From contig JAZURX010000022.1 of the NCBI GenBank assembly GCA_045606385.1, positions 11,112-75,111 on the forward strand: a stretch of 64,000 nucleotides of DNA, in the 5' to 3' direction. Positions 59,493 through 64,000 of the stretch are shown piece by piece (within the stretch, counting starts at the first letter, position 1; every line of letters begins with the position of its first letter). This stretch comes from Bacteroidales bacterium (GTDB lineage: Bacteria > Bacteroidota > Bacteroidia > Bacteroidales > UBA11471). A program made the position numbers and the translations under genes. The notes beneath the pieces were generated by a model. That model had not been told where the DNA came from and made no database searches. It was given only the letters and a program-made list of their open reading frames with translations.

Positions 59493-62400
59493 ATGCATTT
59501 ATCAAAGCTCTTATTTATATTATCGTTCCTTACAATGATTTATACTCCTGTCAAAGCGCAGTTGTATACCTCTTCGTCTTCCTCTCGTACATTACCCGGG
59601 CAAGAACGCGAACTTCGTTATTACCCCGAGGGTGAAGATTTTGTTATACAGAATGGTAATCGCAAATTCACGCGCGCTCTTTATGGTACAAATACAGGAT
59701 TTCGTCTCGAAACAAGCGATGTTCCCGAGTTTGCGCTATATATGCCACGCTTGGGTGGAAACCTATCGTTGGGTATTATATCGGGAGAAAAAAGTCTTTG
59801 GCTCAATGATGCCGAAAGCATTGAAGCCCGTTATCGCGCCGGCAGTCGTATATATACCGTAGCAGACCCGATATTGGGCGATGGTAAGCTTTTTATCACG
59901 GCATTGGCACTCTACGAAGCCGACGGTATGATATTGCGTTTTGAGGGTTCTAAACTTCCTAAAGATGTACGACTTGTATGGCTCTATGGCGGACCTACTA
60001 ATAAACGATTCAGCCGTGAAGGCGATATGGGAGTAGACCCTATCGATTGTTTCGATTTGAAACCCGAATATTGTACCAACAATTTGTATCAATTAAGTAG
60101 CAACGGTTTTGATGTGTGGTATGGTACGACACTCGAAATCATTCGTAAATCTCGCGCCGGTCTTAATCCCGAAACAGGTAAAAATCCCATATGCCAACTG
60201 ACTGCAGTGACGCCCGAGGCTGAAACGGTACAAGTCGGAGATGTTATGGCTCGTGCCACTCCTTTCGAGTTGCGTGCGGCAGCCCCGTCTGATAAGTATC
60301 CCGTTGTGTCGGGGACATTTGCCTTGGGTAAATCTCCTCAGTATCTCGCGATATACAACCCTGCTACGCTCGAAAACGAGTGGCAGTATAAAGACTTGTC
60401 CGCTGCTTTTGAGCGTGCCGAGAACAGTCGTGCCGAAGTCGCATCGACGGTGCGTATTGAAACCCCTGACCCCTATTTCAATACCCTCGGTTCAGCACTC
60501 AGTATGGCTGCTGATGCAGTATGGGATTCGACATCGGGTGTGTGGATGCATGGAGCGATAGGTTGGCGTATGCCTCTCAATGGTTGGCGTGCTGCATATA
60601 CTGGTGACGCAATAGGCCGTCACGATAGGGCACGTACTCATTTCGATGGTTACGCCGCCTCACAAGTTACCGAGGTAGAGCCTATATATCCGCATCCTAT
60701 GCAGGATAGTACACTTAATTTGGCTCGTGCCATGAAAAAATGGGGTACGCAGATGTATAGCAACGGCTATATTACTCGTAATCCTCGTAGAACCAATCAA
60801 ATGCATCACTATGATATGAATCTCTGTTACATCGATGAGCTGCTTTGGCATTTCAATTGGACAGGCGATATGGATTATGTCCGTAAGATGTGGCCTGTAT
60901 TGGTGCGTCATCTCGCATGGGAAAAGCGAAATTACGACCCCAACGACGACGGATTGTATGATGCCTACTGTTGTATCTGGGCGAGTGATGCGTTGCAATA
61001 CAACAGCGGAGGGGTAACCCACTCATCGGCGTACAATTATCGCGCCAACAAGATGGCGGCAGAGATAGCCGAGAAGATAGGCGAGAACCCCGATCCATAC
61101 CGAAAAGAGGCGGAAAAAATATTGAATGCCATAAACAAAAATCTGTGGTTGTCCGACAAAGGTTGCTGGGCCGAATATAAAGATTATATGGGATTGCAAC
61201 GAGTGCACCCCGATGCCGGATTGTGGACCGTGTATCATGCCATCGATTCCGATATTCACGACGACTTTCAAGCGTGGCAGGCCACTCGTTATGTCGATAC
61301 CGAAATTCCTCATATCCCTGTTGTTGCCAAAGGTCTCGATCGAGATGATTATGCAACAATATCCACAACCTCATGGTTGCCTTATGTATGGAGTATAAAC
61401 AATGTGGCATTTGCCGAGGTAATGCACACCGCGTTGGCTTATTGGCAGACCGGTCGCCACGATGCCGCCTGCCATCTGTTCAAAAGTTCCATTCTCGATG
61501 GTATGTATATGGGTGGAAGTCCCGGAAATTTCGGACAAGTAAGTACCTATGATGCTGCACGCGGAGAGTGTTACCGTGACTTTTCCGACCCCGTAGGCGT
61601 CGCTTCTCGTGCCTTGGTTCAAGGATTGTTCGGAATACTTCCCGATGCCATGAATGGCCGTTTGGTCATACGTCCGGGTTTCCCCACGGATTGGGATCAT
61701 GCATTGTTCGAAACCTCCGATATCAAATACACGTTCGAACGAAAAGGTATGAAGGATAAGTATACCTTCGATCTGCGCTTTGCAAAACCTCTTTCATTGA
61801 CATTGGATGTGAAGGCCGGTTACGAAAAGATAAAGTCGGTAAAGGTTAATGGGAAAAAAACTGCTTGGCAATTACGGGCAAACAGTGTAGGCGCCCCTCG
61901 TATAGAGGTGAAAGTTCCGGCCGGAAAAGTTAAGAAAATCGAAATCGAATGGGCCGGCCGTCCATTGGTATCACCTCAGTATAAAACAACCGCAGTAGTC
62001 GGCGAATCCTGGACTCTGACCGTTCCCGAGGGAGTACAAATCCTCTCTGTCCGAGATGAACAACGATTGTTATCGTCGGTCGACCAAGGGACGCACAAAT
62101 TGTCGGCCGTAATCACCAACAATACCGGAGAGCGCACAATGTTTGTGCAGCTCACGCAAGGCGAAATGGAATGGTGGCAACCGGTGTGTTTGTCGGTAAA
62201 ATCGGCAGTGGAACCGGTATCGATATCGACCGAGTCAAAAAATCTCTCGTTCTCGATGTATAATCATTCCGAAAAAGAGGTCACGCTTCGTTGTGTGGTA
62301 AATCCCGGTCGAAATGAGTATGAACAAACGGTTATCATACCCGGAAATTCGAATTCAAGACCAATTTATCTACCCAAGAGAAGTGTTGTACCCGGAAGCA

Positions 62401-63203
62401 ATAAAGTAGAAGTATATTCCGGCAAGGAAATTTTAGCGACCTTTGATTGTATCAATTGGAATTTACAATCGGCACCCGATGCGCAATATGAGATGGTGAA
62501 TATGGATAAGGATTTCAATGCCTCTGTCACCGATATATTCCGTAATAAATATATGTCACCCCGCTCACCGTATACCACGTTGCAAGTGCCTATACAGGGA
62601 ATTGGTGAGTGGTGTCACCCCAAGGCTTATGCCGAAATCGATGACAGCGGCTTGTTGCGAGTGGCGACCAACGACTGCCTCGAAACCCCTATAGGAGTGC
62701 CGTTCCGTATTCGTCAAGAAGAAGCGTTGCAAAATATCGTCTATACGACACTATGGGACAATTATCCCGACAGTGTATCGATACCGTTATCGGGGAAATC
62801 GTCTCATGCCTATTTGTTGATGGCCGGTTCAACCAATCATATGCAGTGTCATATGGAAAACGGCACGGTGACCGTCACCTACACCGATGGTACGACATCA
62901 GAGCTTCCGCTAATCAATCCGGAGACGTGGTGTCCGATCGATCAAGACTATTATATCGACGGACAGGCATTCCGCTCCAAATCCCCGCGTCCCTATCGGG
63001 TTTTATTGCGAGAAGGAGTCGTCACCCGCGACATACAGAGTATCTACAAATATAAGGGCGCCGACAATCGGAATATCCCCGGAGGAGCGGCGGTGATACT
63101 CGACCTGCCCCTCGATGACAGTAGAGAATTACAAAGTCTCACATTGTCGGTACAATCGACCGAGGTAGTAATCGGTATCATGGCTGTTACACTTCAACGG
63201 TAA
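59493..63203 (+). CDS. DUF4450-type protein with central six-hairpin glycosidase-like domain
   Basis: N-terminal RYYPEGEDFVI.NGNRKFTRALYG recognised as DUF4450-like. Central HHYDMNL.YIDELLWHFNWTGD..HLAWEKRNYDPNDDGLYDAY; signal peptide. Confidence 0.72.
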   Translation: MHLSKLLFILSFLTMIYTPVKAQLYTSSSSSRTLPGQERELRYYPEGEDFVIQNGNRKFTRALYGTNTGFRLETSDVPEFALYMPRLGGNLSLGIISGEKSLWLNDAESIEARYRAGSRIYTVADPILGDGKLFITALALYEADGMILRFEGSKLPKDVRLVWLYGGPTNKRFSREGDMGVDPIDCFDLKPEYCTNNLYQLSSNGFDVWYGTTLEIIRKSRAGLNPETGKNPICQLTAVTPEAETVQVGDVMARATPFELRAAAPSDKYPVVSGTFALGKSPQYLAIYNPATLENEWQYKDLSAAFERAENSRAEVASTVRIETPDPYFNTLGSALSMAADAVWDSTSGVWMHGAIGWRMPLNGWRAAYTGDAIGRHDRARTHFDGYAASQVTEVEPIYPHPMQDSTLNLARAMKKWGTQMYSNGYITRNPRRTNQMHHYDMNLCYIDELLWHFNWTGDMDYVRKMWPVLVRHLAWEKRNYDPNDDGLYDAYCCIWASDALQYNSGGVTHSSAYNYRANKMAAEIAEKIGENPDPYRKEAEKILNAINKNLWLSDKGCWAEYKDYMGLQRVHPDAGLWTVYHAIDSDIHDDFQAWQATRYVDTEIPHIPVVAKGLDRDDYATISTTSWLPYVWSINNVAFAEVMHTALAYWQTGRHDAACHLFKSSILDGMYMGGSPGNFGQVSTYDAARGECYRDFSDPVGVASRALVQGLFGILPDAMNGRLVIRPGFPTDWDHALFETSDIKYTFERKGMKDKYTFDLRFAKPLSLTLDVKAGYEKIKSVKVNGKKTAWQLRANSVGAPRIEVKVPAGKVKKIEIEWAGRPLVSPQYKTTAVVGESWTLTVPEGVQILSVRDEQRLLSSVDQGTHKLSAVITNNTGERTMFVQLTQGEMEWWQPVCLSVKSAVEPVSISTESKNLSFSMYNHSEKEVTLRCVVNPGRNEYEQTVIIPGNSNSRPIYLPKRSVVPGSNKVEVYSGKEILATFDCINWNLQSAPDAQYEMVNMDKDFNASVTDIFRNKYMSPRSPYTTLQVPIQGIGEWCHPKAYAEIDDSGLLRVATNDCLETPIGVPFRIRQEEALQNIVYTTLWDNYPDSVSIPLSGKSSHAYLLMAGSTNHMQCHMENGTVTVTYTDGTTSELPLINPETWCPIDQDYYIDGQAFRSKSPRPYRVLLREGVVTRDIQSIYKYKGADNRNIPGGAAVILDLPLDDSRELQSLTLSVQSTEVVIGIMAVTLQR

Positions 63204-63227
63204 TTGTGATTATTTCCGTAAATTATT

Positions 63228-63250
63228 ATAATGAATTTGAAATTCATTAT
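63228..63250. repeat. Perfect AT-rich palindrome (11-1-11)
   Basis: ATAATGAATTT-G-AAATTCATTAT. Confidence 0.8.
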
Positions 63251-63329
63251 GAAATGTAATGATTTTAACATCTTTTATTCTCGATAAAGAGTAAATACGT
63301 AATAAATAATAGTAACTTTATCCCGACAT

Positions 63330-63374
63330 GAGAGGAATACGAGACTTGTCTCTCATATTCCTCTCTTTTATTTG
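63330..63374 (+). terminator. Terminator-like hairpin upstream of the M16 protease gene
   Basis: GAGAGGAATAcGAGA / TCTCaTATTCCTCTC followed by TTTTATTTG. Confidence 0.65.
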
Positions 63375-63410
63375 TCTTTCTATGAAACAAGAATATTAAA
63401 TAAAGAAACT

Positions 63411-64000
63411 ATGATTAGAAATTTCATCAAATGTCTGTTTGCAGTGTCCCTTTTGTCTGTGTCGATGGTATCTATGGCGCAACAACCGCTGCCCGAAACA
63501 CTTGACCCGGCTATTCGTATGGGTAAGCTCGATAACGGACTTACCTATTACATTTGTCACAATGAACTTCCTGCCAATCGTGTCGAATTTTATATTGCGC
63601 AACGTGTAGGTTCTATTCTCGAAGAGGAACATCAACGTGGATTGGCTCACTTCCTCGAACATATGGCTTTTAATGGTACTGCCAACTTCCCGGGGAAATC
63701 CATGATTAATTATCTTGAAGAAAACGGGGTAAAGTTTGGTGCCAACCTCAATGCTTATACATCTATTGATGAGACTGTTTACAATATCTCTGATGTGCCT
63801 GCACGTGAAGGACTTATTGATTCGTGCTTGTTGATTCTTCATGATTGGGCATCGGCTATATCTCTCGAAGAAGCCGAAATTGATGCCGAACGCAAAGTCA
63901 TACACGAAGAGTGGCGTACCCGCAATTCTGCAAGTATGCGTATGACCGAGACGATTCTGCCTATTCTTTACCCCAATGGAAATCGTTATGGACATCGTAT
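63411..64000 (+). CDS. M16 family (PqqL/pitrilysin-like) zinc protease, 3' partial; absent from the ORF track
   Basis: Manual translation from ATG 63411: [68 protein letters not shown], containing the inverted zinc motif HxxEH. Confidence 0.93.
   Translation, partial: MIRNFIKCLFAVSLLSVSMVSMAQQPLPETLDPAIRMGKLDNGLTYYICHNELPANRVEFYIAQRVGSILEEEHQRGLAHFLEHMAFNGTANFPGKSMINYLEENGVKFGANLNAYTSIDETVYNISDVPAREGLIDSCLLILHDWASAISLEEAEIDAERKVIHEEWRTRNSASMRMTETILPILYPNGNRYGHR

Noticed and set aside
63328-63399. 23-codon [26 protein letters not shown] as a leader peptide
   Set aside because: It coincides with the hairpin and T-tract that explain its sequence; no regulatory codon run or other support.
179-63995. 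Numerous minus-strand and alternate-frame ORFs of 60-259 aa (e.g. 1202-1927, 23314-24093, 35345-36052, 63396-63995)
   Set aside because: They overlap well-supported + strand genes almost entirely, show no recognisable motifs and have the Ile/Phe/His-rich composition of antisense shadows.
1-64000. CRISPR arrays, tRNA/rRNA genes, IS elements, integrases, prophage or defence genes
   Set aside because: No repeat-spacer array, structural RNA signature or transposase/recombinase motif seen. Intergenic gaps are all under about 360 bp.

Overview
Bacteroidales chromosomal segment. The assignment rests on SusC/SusD pairs, TAnnTTTG promoter elements, A-rich start regions without Shine-Dalgarno sequences and two type IX secretion C-terminal domains, which argue against a T9SS-lacking Bacteroides. 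All ~33 supportable genes lie on the + strand. 1-5760 is the tail of a glycosidase cluster: partial GH36, GH92 and a GH110 gene carrying three apparent lesions. 5915-9037 holds a Lrp/AsnC regulator, murF and an M24 peptidase. 9203-63203 is a ~54 kb pectin/rhamnogalacturonan-I-type utilisation locus. It encodes GH2 x2, GH43, GH51 x2, GH105 x2, GH106, GH28 x2, three SGNH esterases, an embedded rhaBATD operon and two T9SS cargo proteins (an autotransporter-passenger-like beta-helix protein and a modular PL1). It also encodes a fasciclin-SusC-SusD-fasciclin-fasciclin-SusC-SusD cassette flanked by two uncharacterised six-hairpin-glycosidase-like proteins. An M16 protease gene begins at 63411 and runs off the window. 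No regulator gene lies in the glycan locus, yet three promoters share a 21-bp-phased motif (RTCAWAAW-N4-AGTWTWANT-RTCAWWW) at an identical distance from their -7 elements. One copy sits inside a perfect 13-bp inverted repeat. Family calls come from motif recognition by eye; no database searches were run.
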